From Deltaproteobacteria bacterium HGW-Deltaproteobacteria-22 (lineage in GTDB: Bacteria; Myxococcota_A; Polyangia; HGW-17), in the NCBI GenBank assembly GCA_002841825.1, contig PHAZ01000001.1:3107-67106 (forward strand): a DNA stretch of 64,000 nucleotides, read 5' to 3'. Shown piece by piece: positions 20,315 to 33,112 of this stretch (within the stretch, counting starts at the first letter, position 1; each line of letters starts with the position of its first letter). The notes beneath the pieces are model-generated. The model did no database searches. It had not been told where the DNA came from and worked only from the letters and a program-made list of their open reading frames with translations. A program made the position numbers and the translations under genes.

Positions 20315-20389
20315 GGTTCACTCCCGGCCTTTTCCGGCCTGGGTGATCCTATCCGCACAGGGATGTGCCTGTCAATTTTCAGCGTAAAA

Positions 20390-21186
20390 TCAAGTGTTTC
20401 CGAACTTCCGGTGCCGCACAGGGTTCTCGAGGGTGCCGATGCCGGTGATGGTGATCTTCACGGTGTCACCGTGTGTGATCGGGCCGACACCGGAGGGAGT
20501 GCCGGTGGTGAGGATGTCAAAGGGCTGCAGGGTCATGATCGACGACACGTAGGCGATCAACTCGGGAATCGAGAAGATCATGTCGTTACAGGGGCTGCTC
20601 TGCTTCAGCGTATGGTTGACGCGCGTCTCGATGGTGCAGGTGAGCGGATCCAGGTCGGTGACCATGCAGGGCCCGATGGGGGCGAAGGTGTCGAAGCCCT
20701 TGGCGTGGGTGTATTTGCCCTCACGGCGCTGGATGTCGCGCGCGGTGACGTCGTTGAGGATGGTGTAGCCGAGGATGTGGCGGGGCGCATCTTCGACGCT
20801 CACTTCGTGGGCGCTCTTGCCGATGATGACGGCCAGCTCCCCCTCGTAGTGGACCTCCTCGCTCTGGGTCGGAAGGACGATGGGCTCCAGGTGCGCGATG
20901 ACCGCGGAGGCGGGCTTCATGAAGATCAGGGGCTCGGCGGGAAGCGCCTTGTTGGATTCCTCGGCGTGGGCGCGGTAATTCAAACCGATGGCCACGATCT
21001 TGCCCACGGGAACCGGCGGAAGAATCCTTCCATCGTTCGATGAAATCTTTTCAATCAGGCTCTTGGCCTGCAATCCCCTGCCCTGCAGCAGAAGGTCCAG
21101 AGACTGAGAGAGAGAGACGATGTTATCTTCTGCGTCGATCTGGACGTAATAATGGATGCCACCGAGATGTCTTCGCTGGATTTTCA
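20390..21186 (-). CDS. Fumarylacetoacetate hydrolase (FAH)-family protein (2-keto-4-pentenoate hydratase / HpcE-like)
   Basis: GLNYRAHAEE...FMKP...YEGELAVIIGK...DVTARD...KGFDTFAPIGP motifs. The track ORF extends upstream in a Pro/Arg-rich non-coding-looking stretch, so the start is trimmed to an in-frame GTG. Confidence 0.75.
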
Positions 21187-21212
21187 CGATGCTACCTCCA
21201 TGCTGTGCGGGT

Positions 21213-23705
<2,493 letters not shown>

Positions 23706-23718
<13 letters not shown>

Positions 23719-26474
23719 ACGCGCCCCTTCTGCTCCCACCACGAAACCCAGCGGCGGACGCCGGACTCGCGAAATTCCATGGAGGCCTCAGGATCGTAGT
23801 CCATGGTCTCGCCCACGATGCGCACCAACTCATCGATGGCGTCCCGGCGCAGCTCCTCATCGTTCTGTCGCAGGCCTTCGATGAGCCAGAGCACGCGGTG
23901 CCGCTGGGAGTTCAGCGCCCACCAGGACTGCCAGCGCTCGAGTTGACTGCCGAAGTCCCGCAGGGTGATCAGGCGCAGCGCGTGGATCATGTGGTCGGCG
24001 ATCTCCGTGGATGCGCTAGGCAGAAGTTGAATAATAGCCTCAATGGAATGCTTGTCGCGCATGCGACCCAGCGCGTCCACCGTGTTCTTTTGCATGGTCG
24101 GATCCGGATGTCCCAGGAAGCCGCGCAGGTTGGAGGTGATCTCGGCGTACTCACGGTGGCCCTCGTAACTGAGTATGACCCGGGCGGCGACATCACGAAC
24201 CGACGGCTCGGGATCAAAGAGTTTCTCGGCGATCCGGAACAGGATGTCCGGGAACCGGATCTCCAGGAACAGGTACGTTGCGTACATGCGGATCTGCGGA
24301 TTTTCAGAGTCGATCAGGTCGATCAGGACCGGTACCACCGGCAGGCCCCAGTCAACCATGAACTGCATCAGAGGCCCGTGCTGACTCGGCGGCGGCATCC
24401 GGGACATGTCGGAGGTCTCACGATAGGTGAGGATCCCGGGGAAATAGAAGTGCAGGACCTCGAGCGTTCGATCCCCCAGGTTTTTCAGGGCCTGCGCAGA
24501 ACGCAAATCGAGACTGTCCTGTTGGATGGAGAGATGCTCGAGTTGGTCGATCAGCGCGATGATCTCCTCGACAAAACTGTTCTGCTGTTCCAGGTGCGTG
24601 GGAATGGGCACGGTGATGGCCGTATAGGGCGTCACTTCCCGTGTGGGAACCACCTCGGGCACCGGTGAGAACACCTCGGGCACCGGTGACAACTCGGGCA
24701 CGGGTGACAACTCGAGCTCGGCTCTCGCCTTGCGCGATTTTTTCCTCTGCTTGATCAGCCGCATCAACCCCTGGCTGAGCAGTCCGGACGCGGCGACCAG
24801 CTCACCCATGGCCGTCGGGGACTGGGCCAGTTGATGGGTGCCGAGCACCAGACCGACCGTACGGGATCCCACCATCAGTGGAATGGCCATGATGTGTACC
24901 GGCGGACTCAGGCTGAGGTGGTCGAGCAGGAACTGGTTGCCTTCCGAGGGCGTGTAGATGCCGAAGGTGGTGATGTTCTGTGCGGCCTTCTGCAGCACGG
25001 AGTCGAAGTCCAGGCTGATCAGGTAATTGCGCACCTTGTGCTGGTCGACCTGGCCGCGGTAGATCGCGAAGTGACCTGTGGCGGCGTCTCCCTCCACGGT
25101 GAACAGGAACAGGTACTGCGCGTAATTGGCACAGTACCGGAGAAAGGCGATCAGGACGTCGTCGCGGCTGGTGGCGGCCACGATCAGGTCCGTGAATTCA
25201 TTCAGGCTGATGGGCGAACCGTCGAAGGAGACCAGCTTGTCACGCGAGCCCATCGCGGAGGCCGGCTTGGGTGTCGGTTTGGGCGCAGGCTTGAATGCCG
25301 GCTTGGGCGCCGGGGCTTCCACGACGGGCGCCGGGGCTTCCACGACGGGCGCCGGGGCTTCATAACTGATGGCAGCGGTCTGCGTCGTGTCCGACGGCAG
25401 GCGCTCGCCGCGCATCGGGATGGAGGCGTCCGAAGAGCCCATCGGCTCGGTCATCGCGTCTTCGATGCGCGGGATTTGAGGAGTCCCCGGGGCTTCGTCT
25501 TCGGCGCTGGCTACGGGCTCTCCGGTGACCTGTCGTACGGTTCCGGAATCGTTAAACTCAGGATCGTCGTTCTCATAGCGGGGAAGGCCCTCGGGCAGCG
25601 GACCGATGGGGCCCGACTCCGAAAACGGGGAGTGGTGCTTCTTGTGCTCAGGGAACGTGAAGCCCGGGCGCGTGACGGCATCATGGAGACCGTCCTCGCC
25701 CTCCGAGTCCTCGTTGCTGTCGTACTCAGCTGGTGCCTTCTTTTCGACGGCGGGTTGCACGGCCCGTTCCAGCTCTCCGGTGGTGCGCTCACGGGAGATG
25801 GTGGGCACCAGAATGTTGGGGGAGACCTGACGCTCCACGTAATTGAACTCGGGCACCGGAGTGATGTCGTGATCGGAGGTCGTCGGGGTCTCAACAGCAG
25901 CGGACCCCGCGGGAACGATGGACTCTGGCGTAGCGGCGGCCGGGGCGATCGGATCCTGGGAGATCCACGGCTTGACGAAGGCCTCCGGGTAGGCGACCGG
26001 GGGTCCGAGGCGGCCAAGGATCCGGTTCTGCCGTTCCTCGAGCTCGAAACCGTAGATCTTCGAGGCGAAGGCGAGCAGGCGTGGCTCGGGAACCACGCGG
26101 GCAATCAGGGATACGCCCAGCATGAAGCCGATCTCTTCGATTTTGTTCTTGTCGAACTCAGCATTGACGAGCACTCCCACCTGCTCACCAACCCGGGTCA
26201 CCGGGATCACCTGGTAACGCAGCGCCAGTTTCTGGGGGAAGATCGCCACCAGCGCCCGTGAGTCCTCAAGGGTGAAATCGCCCAACTGGATCGAGGGAAG
26301 ATCGGAGGCCTCGACGAGCACACGGATCAGATCCTTCTCGCGGATCAAGCCGAGCTCGAGCAGCGCCGAATCCAGGGTTCCACCGTTGATGACCTGGTTC
26401 TGGAACGCCTGATCCAGTTTACGGATGGGAATCAGTCCCAGTTTCACCAGAATGGAAGAAAGTTTGCTGGCCAT
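23706..26474 (-). CDS. Multidomain protein: N-terminal GspE-N/MshEN-like domain + Pro/Ala repeats + GAF-like domain + C-terminal HEAT repeats
   Basis: N-terminus (LVKLGLIPIRKLDQAFQNQ...LLELGLIREKDLIRVLVEA) matches the tandem 24-aa MshEN/T2SSE_N motif. Mid region carries APAPVVE and PKP repeats. A GAF-like block. C-terminal PBS-lyase/HEAT-like repeats (VRDVAARVIL..., GHPDPTMQKNTVDALGRM...). Confidence 0.6.
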
Positions 26475-26609
26475 AGAGTTTCCGGAATCACCAACACAGG
26501 GTCCAATACGGTTACGCCCGCGGGCGGTTCCGGAAGTATCACTTTCTTTGGAGAGAATTTCAATATGAAACCAGTGAAAAAAGCGGGTGCGGGAAAAGGC
26601 CCCTGAAAA

Positions 26610-27116
26610 TCAGCCGGTCACGTCCAGGTGGGGGACTTCGGAAGCCGAAGGCGGCTGTTGATTTTCGCGCTCTTTCTGGCTGGCGAAGTAGGAGATGGCG
26701 AGGCTGGCCAGCACCACCAGGATGAACAGGACCAGGGCCGTGGACACGCGGCTCTGCTTGTCCTCGTCCTTGTCATTGGCCTCGCGGGCGTTGTTCGGAA
26801 CGTCGAGCAGGCTCAGGGCGGCCATCGACGGCACCGGACTGGAAGCGGGCAGCATGGAGACCAGTTCGTCATAGGGGAGCTGGAGTTCGCCGCACAACAA
26901 CTTCACGAAGCCGCGGGAGTAGACCAGGGCGGGAAGGTCCTCGAACCGGTCCTCTTCCAAGGCTGCGATCGCCTCCATGGGGACGCGCGTCTTTTCGTGC
27001 AGTTGCGCGGCGGTCATCTGGACGGACGACCGCGCTTCCCGGAGGCGGGAACCAAGAGAACCCAGGGAGGGCTCGGTGGTCACGCTCGGGTTTTTCGGAT
27101 TACGTTTTTTGCTCAT
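26610..27116 (-). CDS. HTH (XRE-type) membrane protein, RodZ-like
   Basis: N-terminal HTH_XRE-like segment (LGSRLREARSSVQMTAAQLHEKTRV). Single C-terminal TM helix. About 168 aa. Confidence 0.5.
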   Translation of the reverse strand: MSKKRNPKNPSVTTEPSLGSLGSRLREARSSVQMTAAQLHEKTRVPMEAIAALEEDRFEDLPALVYSRGFVKLLCGELQLPYDELVSMLPASSPVPSMAALSLLDVPNNAREANDKDEDKQSRVSTALVLFILVVLASLAISYFASQKERENQQPPSASEVPHLDVTG

Positions 27117-27346
27117 TCAGAAATACCTCACATTCGCACAGGCGAAAGGACTTCGAGAGAATAGTGCTTTTACGCGGCTCGTCAAGCGTCATTTGCAGGA
27201 CGTTCCGTAAATATCATAAAAAGGAAACCACCCAAGGCATTCCCGTATTTCAACTGGCCGGAAATAGGCATATAATGCCGCCGGTTTCCCGTCTGTTTCA
27301 CTTTTGCCCACGCAGGAGATTGAACCGGCCGGGCGAGGAGGCGCCC

Positions 27347-28729
27347 ATGCAGAATCCCAAACTTCAGGTGCTGGCCAACACCGTCAATAAATTGCTACAT
27401 CGCGATGCCTATGGACCATTAAGAAAAATATTATCCAAGCGCCACCCGGCCGAGCTCGCCTATTTTTTCAGGGATTTCACGCCCGTGGATCGCAAACGGC
27501 TCTTCGAGAACTGCGGAGACGACCAGGTGAAGGCCGCGGTGCTTGGGGAGATCGATCTGCCGGTGGCCGTCGAGTTGATCTCCAACCAGGATCCCGCCGA
27601 CGCGGTGCATATCCTCAACAACATGGACTCCGACGATCTCGCCGACCTCCTCGAGGAGCTCGACGAGGATCTCAAGGAGAAGCTGCTCAAACTGTTCAAG
27701 GACGAGGATCAGGAGGCCGTCGAGGAGTTGATGGCCTATGACGCATCCACCGCCGGCGGCATCATGAACCCGTCGTTTCTGGCGCTGCCGCAGACGGCGA
27801 CCGCCGGGGAGGCCGTCGATTTCCTTCAGAACTCGTCGGAGGACTACGCGATCACCTTTTACATATATGTGATCAATTCGGCGGAGAAGCTCTCCGGCGT
27901 GGTGTCCCTGCGCCAGCTCGTCACCTGCAAGCCCTCCACCACGCTGCGCGAACTGATGACGCCGGAGGTCATCTCGGTGCCCGTGAGCATGGACCAGGAG
28001 GAGGTGGCCGAGATCGTGCAGCGCTACGGTTTCCTGGCGGTGCCGGTCGTCGATGACACCAACCGGATGGTGGGTGTAGTCACCGTCGACGACGTCATCG
28101 AGGTCATCCGCGAGGAGGCCACCGAGGACATCTTCAAGATGTCCGGTGCCGGTCAGGACATCGAGTATTTCCAGGATTCGTTCTCCGAGCGTTTCCGGCC
28201 GCGCTTCACGAGCATCTTCTTCCCGCTGCTGACGGGCGTGACCTCCTCCCTGATCCTGGCGTTCCGCCGGCCGTTCTTCACCGACGCGTCCGGCCGCAAC
28301 ATCTTCTTCCTGCTGATGATCCCGATCCTGCTGGTGCTCTCCTCGGCCATCGCGAACCAGTCGGGCAGCCTGATGGTCCGGGGCATCGCGCTGGGTCGCG
28401 TGAAGTGGGCCCACTTCATCGAGGTGTTCCGGCGCGAGACCGCGATGAGCCTGATGCTGGGCCTGCTCTTCGGCCTGTTCGCGTTCGGCTTCGCCATGAT
28501 CCCCATCTTCACGCGCAACGGCTCGGCCAGTCTTCAGGTCGTGTTTCCGATGTTCGTGGGGCTGACGGTGTTCTTCAGCATGCTGTTCGCCGGCGTGGTC
28601 GGCGCCTGCCTGCCCCTGGTGTTCAAACGCATGAACCTCGATCCCGCCTCCGCCGCCGGCTCGATCCTGTCGGGTCTGGTCGAGGTGTTCACCATTCTCC
28701 TGTACGTTTTCCTGATCTCCTGGGCTTAG
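27347..28729 (+). CDS. mgtE: Magnesium transporter MgtE
   Basis: MgtE N-domain, two CBS domains, 5-TM MgtE channel domain, acidic stretch. Track ORF trimmed to MQNPKLQ. Confidence 0.85.
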   Translation: MQNPKLQVLANTVNKLLHRDAYGPLRKILSKRHPAELAYFFRDFTPVDRKRLFENCGDDQVKAAVLGEIDLPVAVELISNQDPADAVHILNNMDSDDLADLLEELDEDLKEKLLKLFKDEDQEAVEELMAYDASTAGGIMNPSFLALPQTATAGEAVDFLQNSSEDYAITFYIYVINSAEKLSGVVSLRQLVTCKPSTTLRELMTPEVISVPVSMDQEEVAEIVQRYGFLAVPVVDDTNRMVGVVTVDDVIEVIREEATEDIFKMSGAGQDIEYFQDSFSERFRPRFTSIFFPLLTGVTSSLILAFRRPFFTDASGRNIFFLLMIPILLVLSSAIANQSGSLMVRGIALGRVKWAHFIEVFRRETAMSLMLGLLFGLFAFGFAMIPIFTRNGSASLQVVFPMFVGLTVFFSMLFAGVVGACLPLVFKRMNLDPASAAGSILSGLVEVFTILLYVFLISWA

Positions 28730-28734
28730 ATCCC

Positions 28735-29595
28735 ATGACCGCCAACGATCTCGCGGTGACTGCCTTCGTGGTGCGCAGGGTGACCACGGGCGAGAGTGAC
28801 CTCGTGCTGTCTCTGCTGACCCGCGAACGGGGCAAGATCGATGTGTACGCCCGGGCCGGACGCAGGAGCCGGCGGCGCTTCCAGGCCGGGCTGTCCCCCT
28901 GCCTGCTCTTCCAGGGCATGATCGCCCCGTCGCGCCGGGGTTCATCCCGCCCCGGGTCCCTGTGGTCCCTCGAGGAGATGATCGTCGCCCGGCCCGCGGC
29001 GCTGCTGACCTCCCGGCCCTCGCGCATGGTCGTGGGACAGTACGCCACCGAGCTGGTCCGTGAGTTCTGCCCGCCGGAGGTGCCCGAGCCGGAGTTGTTT
29101 CAACATCTTGACGACTTCCTTGTACGCCTGGACCAGCCCAGGAGTCCGACCTGGCGGGACTGGTTCGCCCTGGAGTGGAGCGTGCTGACCGCCGCCGGCG
29201 TGGCCCCCGAGCTGCGGGCTTGTGTCCTCTGCCGTCGCCCTGCGCCGGGCCGGCGCCCCGGGTCCGGGGGACCTTCCGATGGGTCGGGGGGACCGTCCGG
29301 TGCGTCCGGCGAGCCTTCCGGTGGGTCGGGGGGACGATCTGCTGCCGGGCCATCCTGGGGCTTCTCGGAGGCCGCCGGCGGCCTCGTGTGTCCCTCGTGC
29401 GGCAGAAGCCCCGCGATGCCGGTCTGGAATCCCGCCTGGAACGACATCCTGGATGGCACGGGATCCGGCCCCGATCCAGAAGATGCGCCGGCGCTGCTGG
29501 CGTTGCTGGAACCCTGGATTTTTCAGGTGTTGAACCGGAAACTGCACGCCCGCGGCCTGTGCCGGAGCATCTTCTCGTCACCTACGGAATGGTGA
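28735..29595 (+). CDS. recO: DNA repair protein RecO (with a Gly/Ser/Pro-rich insertion)
   Basis: ATG 5 nt after the mgtE stop. N-terminal OB-fold-like VVRRVTTGESDLVLSLLTRERGKIDVYARAGRRSRRRF. C-terminal Cys pairs (C..C ... CPSC). Confidence 0.7.
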   Translation: MTANDLAVTAFVVRRVTTGESDLVLSLLTRERGKIDVYARAGRRSRRRFQAGLSPCLLFQGMIAPSRRGSSRPGSLWSLEEMIVARPAALLTSRPSRMVVGQYATELVREFCPPEVPEPELFQHLDDFLVRLDQPRSPTWRDWFALEWSVLTAAGVAPELRACVLCRRPAPGRRPGSGGPSDGSGGPSGASGEPSGGSGGRSAAGPSWGFSEAAGGLVCPSCGRSPAMPVWNPAWNDILDGTGSGPDPEDAPALLALLEPWIFQVLNRKLHARGLCRSIFSSPTEW

Positions 29596-30826
29596 TGACC
29601 TCGTCGACCTTCTTGACCCAGCGGAAGTTGTCGATGACGACCGCGGAGTCGAGGATGCCGTCCCCCTCGTCGTGGATCGAGAAGATGATCTCGATCAGGG
29701 AGCCCGGCTCCACCGGGGCACGGGTGGTCAGCCACGGCGTGGAAGAGGCGTCGGAACCCTGGTAGCCGGTGCCGGTCAGGTCCTGCGCGCCAGGCGAGAA
29801 GAAGTCGTTGTTGACCGTGATGGCCTTGTTGTTGGTGTCGAACGAGATGTTGTTGCGGGGGCCGTTGGCGGTTTCGTCCTTCATCATCGCATAGAACGTG
29901 TCGTTGAACTCCGAGTCGACCCACTCGGGATACTCCGAGGACAGGAAGAGGAAGTCGAAGGCGAGCCCCTCGGCGTTGGCCGGCACCCGCAGCCGCAGGA
30001 CCATCTGCGTCATGTCATGGCACTCGGACTCCTGGTCGTCGCTCTCGGCGTTGGCGATCATGGTCACCGGGTCCACACAGGTCTCGTTCAGGTCCGAGGC
30101 CGTTTCGTCGTCCTGCGGAGAGGGATTGAACTCGGCGCCAGTGAACAGCGCGATCATCTGGCAGCCCACAGGCAGCACCGGATCGTCGGGGTCGACCTGG
30201 CGCGGGGCGATGGGCCGAAGCGCGCCCCAGCCGTTGGCGCCGGGCGTGGTGCCCTGGGGATCGTAACTGATGATGGCGGCTGACTGGGCGCCGATGATCT
30301 GCAGCGCCGAGGCATGCCAGGCGGTGTTGCACAGGCCCAGGGCGTCGCCGAAGGACGCGTTGGGGCCGATGTTGGTCAACTGGAGCGTGGTCTCGTCGCG
30401 GGCGCAGTCGCACAGATGCTCGGCCTCGTCGACCACGCCGTTGCAGTTGTTGTCCAGGCCGTCGCCCATCATCTCAATGTTGGTGGGGGAGATGCGCTCG
30501 TCGTAGTCGTTGCAGTCGCCATCGCAGACGGTGACGCCGTCATGGTCCATGTCGGGTTCCTCGATGTCGCGGTGGCCATCACAGTTGTTGTCTATGCCGT
30601 CGCCGCAGATCTCGTGGGCGCCCGGATGGACGTCGGGGTTGTTGTCGTCGCAGTCGCCACCGGCGGGGGTGACGCCGTCGCCGTCATGATCGTCGGGCAG
30701 CGTCGTGTTGTTGGTGTTGTTGGTCTGGGAATTGAAGCCGTTGTTCTGGTTGGAGCTGCTGCCGGGGTTGCAGGCGACCAGTCCGGATACGAGTACCAGC
30801 AGGGAAATGACGCAGGACAGTTTCAT
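29582..30826 (-). CDS. Secreted lipoprotein with tandem Cys/Asp-rich putative metal-binding repeats and a C-terminal conserved domain of unknown function
   Basis: Lipoprotein signal (LVSGLVAC). Two copies of DxDGDG..GDCDDNNP....E.CGDG.DNNCDG motif. C-terminal domain with FLSSEYPEW..FNDTF and HDEGDGILDSAVVIDNF motifs. Confidence 0.55.
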   Translation of the reverse strand: MKLSCVISLLVLVSGLVACNPGSSSNQNNGFNSQTNNTNNTTLPDDHDGDGVTPAGGDCDDNNPDVHPGAHEICGDGIDNNCDGHRDIEEPDMDHDGVTVCDGDCNDYDERISPTNIEMMGDGLDNNCNGVVDEAEHLCDCARDETTLQLTNIGPNASFGDALGLCNTAWHASALQIIGAQSAAIISYDPQGTTPGANGWGALRPIAPRQVDPDDPVLPVGCQMIALFTGAEFNPSPQDDETASDLNETCVDPVTMIANAESDDQESECHDMTQMVLRLRVPANAEGLAFDFLFLSSEYPEWVDSEFNDTFYAMMKDETANGPRNNISFDTNNKAITVNNDFFSPGAQDLTGTGYQGSDASSTPWLTTRAPVEPGSLIEIIFSIHDEGDGILDSAVVIDNFRWVKKVDEVITIP

Positions 30827-30892
30827 GGAACGACCTCCCTTTTGGGCATTTTTTACCACGATTAACAGGTTTGACAAACGGTAGTTTCAGAT

Positions 30893-33112
30893 TTGTGGCC
30901 GGGTTTGCGGGAATGCCGTATACTGCCGGCTCTGGAGGTGTGTGTGAAAGATCACCCGAATCACCGATTTTCATCGCTGCTGCCTTCGTTCAAGCGCCGG
31001 ATCCGGGCCCGGCGGGCCCGTCCCCTGCCCCTGGGGGTCTCGGTGCGGCATGGCGGCGTGCGATTTTCCATCTTCTCCCAGTATGCGAACAACCTGCGGC
31101 TGGTGCTGTTCGCCGACGACCAGGCTGCGACGCCCGAGCGCGCCTTCGACCTGGACCCGGAGTTTCATCGCTTCGGCGACATCTGGTCGATCTTCATCGA
31201 GGGGATCGGCGCCGGTCAGATCTACGCCTGGCAGGCCTTCGGTCCGTTCGATCCGGAGAAGGGCCACCGCTTTAATGATAATAAATTTCTTATTGATCCC
31301 TACACCCGCGCCATCGTGGGCGACTACGACTGGAACGTCAAGGGGTTCCGGCATGACTGTCCCCACGACGCGCCGCGCTCGCTGGTGCTCGATGACACCT
31401 ACCCCTGGAAGGACAATCGCTTCCTGCGGATTCCCTGGGAGGACACGGTCATCTATGAAGCGCACCTGTCCGGCTTCACCAAGGACGAGTCCTCGGGCGT
31501 CCCCTTCCGGGGGACCTTCGACGGCTTCATCGAGAAGCTGCCCTACCTGCGGGACCTGGGCATCACCGCCGTCGAGGTGCTGCCCATCCAGGCCTTTCCG
31601 GCCCACGAGAACGTGAACATCAACCCCGTCACGGGCGCACGCCTGACGAACTACTGGGGGTACTCCACCCTGGCGTTTCTCGCGCCCCACCCGCCGTACG
31701 GCACCGGCCGCAGCCCCGGCTGCGAGGTCGAGGAGTGCAAGCGCTTCGTCGACGCCTGCCACCGGCACGGTCTCGAGGTCATCCTGGACATCGTGTTCAA
31801 CCACACGGCCGAGGGGGACGAGACCGGCCCCACCCTCTCGTTCAAGGGGCTGGACAACCGGGTCTACTATCAACTCGACCAGGATTTATCGAAGTATAAA
31901 AATTTCAGCGGCTGCGGCAACACCTTCAACTGCAACCACCCGTACGTGCGTGACTTCATCCTCGACGTGCTCCGCTACTGGGTCGTGGAGATGCGGGTCG
32001 ACGGCTTCCGTTTCGACCTGGCGAGCATCCTCGGACGGGACACCGACGGCACGCTCATGGACCGCCCGCCCCTGGTGGAGCGCATCGCCGAGGACCCGAT
32101 CCTGCGCGGCGTGAAGTTGATCGCCGAGGCCTGGGACGCCGGCGGTGCGTACCAGGTGGGAAGCTTTCCAGGCACCTCCTGGTCGGAGTGGAACGGCCGC
32201 TTCCGCGACGACGTGCGCCAGTTCTGGCTGACCCCGGAGGGCACCGCCTCCGCCCTCGCCACGCGACTGGCCGGCAGCGAGGACCTGTACGGCCCGCGCG
32301 GTCCGCGCCACGGCGTCAACTTCATCACGGCCCACGACGGATTCACCCTGCGGGATCTGGTCTCCTACGAGCGCAAGAACAACGACGCCAACGGGGAGCT
32401 CAACCGCGACGGCGAGAACCACAACAACTCGTGCAACCACGGCGTCGAGGGCGTCACCGTCTATGCGCCGATCCGCAACCTGCGCCTGATCCAGATGAAG
32501 AACCTGCTGACGACGCTGTTCTGCTCCCAGGGCGTCCCGATGGTGTCCATGGGCGACGAGATCGGCAAGACCCAGCACGGCAACAACAATGCCTACTGCC
32601 AGGACAACCCTATGAACTGGTTCCACTGGGACATGCTGACCGAGGTGTCCGAGGAAGGCGGGGATCACCACCATCCCCGGGATCACGCCGAGGCGCTGTA
32701 CCTGCACGAGTTCACGAAGCTGCTGGTGCGCCTGCGGCGCGAGTGCCCTGCCCTGCGCCGCCGGACGTTCCTCACCGGGAAGCCTGCGCCCGTCGAGCCC
32801 GACGTGATCTGGCACGGACCGTCATCCAGCGATGACATGGAGTGGGAGTCGCCGCTGCGCATCCTGGGCATGCGGCTGGGGCCGGTCGAAGGTACCGGGA
32901 AATTCCGAGGGCGCATGGAGTTCCTGTTCTGCGCCGAGCCGATCCAGGTGGAGTTCTTCCTGTCGCCCGGGGTTGGGTGGGGCCTGGTGCTCGACACCTC
33001 GGACCTGTTCACCCGTCCGTCCATCGCCCTCGACGGCCCCCTGGTCCCGGTGAAGTCACGCGTGGTGCTCAACGGTCCGTGCGTGGTGATTCTTTCGGAA
33101 CTCCCAGGGTGA
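30893..33112 (+). CDS. glgX: Glycogen debranching enzyme GlgX (isoamylase-type GH13)
   Basis: GH13 regions: DIVFNHTAEGDE, GFRFDLASILGRD, EAWDAGG, FITAHDGFTLRDL. N-terminal CBM48-like domain. Exact start uncertain (GTG/TTG candidates). Confidence 0.85.
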   Translation: MWPGLRECRILPALEVCVKDHPNHRFSSLLPSFKRRIRARRARPLPLGVSVRHGGVRFSIFSQYANNLRLVLFADDQAATPERAFDLDPEFHRFGDIWSIFIEGIGAGQIYAWQAFGPFDPEKGHRFNDNKFLIDPYTRAIVGDYDWNVKGFRHDCPHDAPRSLVLDDTYPWKDNRFLRIPWEDTVIYEAHLSGFTKDESSGVPFRGTFDGFIEKLPYLRDLGITAVEVLPIQAFPAHENVNINPVTGARLTNYWGYSTLAFLAPHPPYGTGRSPGCEVEECKRFVDACHRHGLEVILDIVFNHTAEGDETGPTLSFKGLDNRVYYQLDQDLSKYKNFSGCGNTFNCNHPYVRDFILDVLRYWVVEMRVDGFRFDLASILGRDTDGTLMDRPPLVERIAEDPILRGVKLIAEAWDAGGAYQVGSFPGTSWSEWNGRFRDDVRQFWLTPEGTASALATRLAGSEDLYGPRGPRHGVNFITAHDGFTLRDLVSYERKNNDANGELNRDGENHNNSCNHGVEGVTVYAPIRNLRLIQMKNLLTTLFCSQGVPMVSMGDEIGKTQHGNNNAYCQDNPMNWFHWDMLTEVSEEGGDHHHPRDHAEALYLHEFTKLLVRLRRECPALRRRTFLTGKPAPVEPDVIWHGPSSSDDMEWESPLRILGMRLGPVEGTGKFRGRMEFLFCAEPIQVEFFLSPGVGWGLVLDTSDLFTRPSIALDGPLVPVKSRVVLNGPCVVILSELPG

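Noticed and set aside
20315-20389. Possible glmS ribozyme or leader upstream of glmS
   Set aside because: The spacer is only 75 bp and lacks the conserved glmS ribozyme core. That ribozyme is essentially confined to Gram-positive lineages. A weak GC hairpin only.
18929-21043. 704-aa plus-strand ORF spanning glmS and the FAH gene
   Set aside because: Antisense across two confidently identified genes. Gly/Asp/Arg-rich junk translation.
27431-29581. 716-aa minus-strand ORF opposite mgtE/recO
   Set aside because: Antisense to mgtE and recO. Arg/Pro/Gly-rich. Crosses an intergenic boundary, so cannot be a single real gene.
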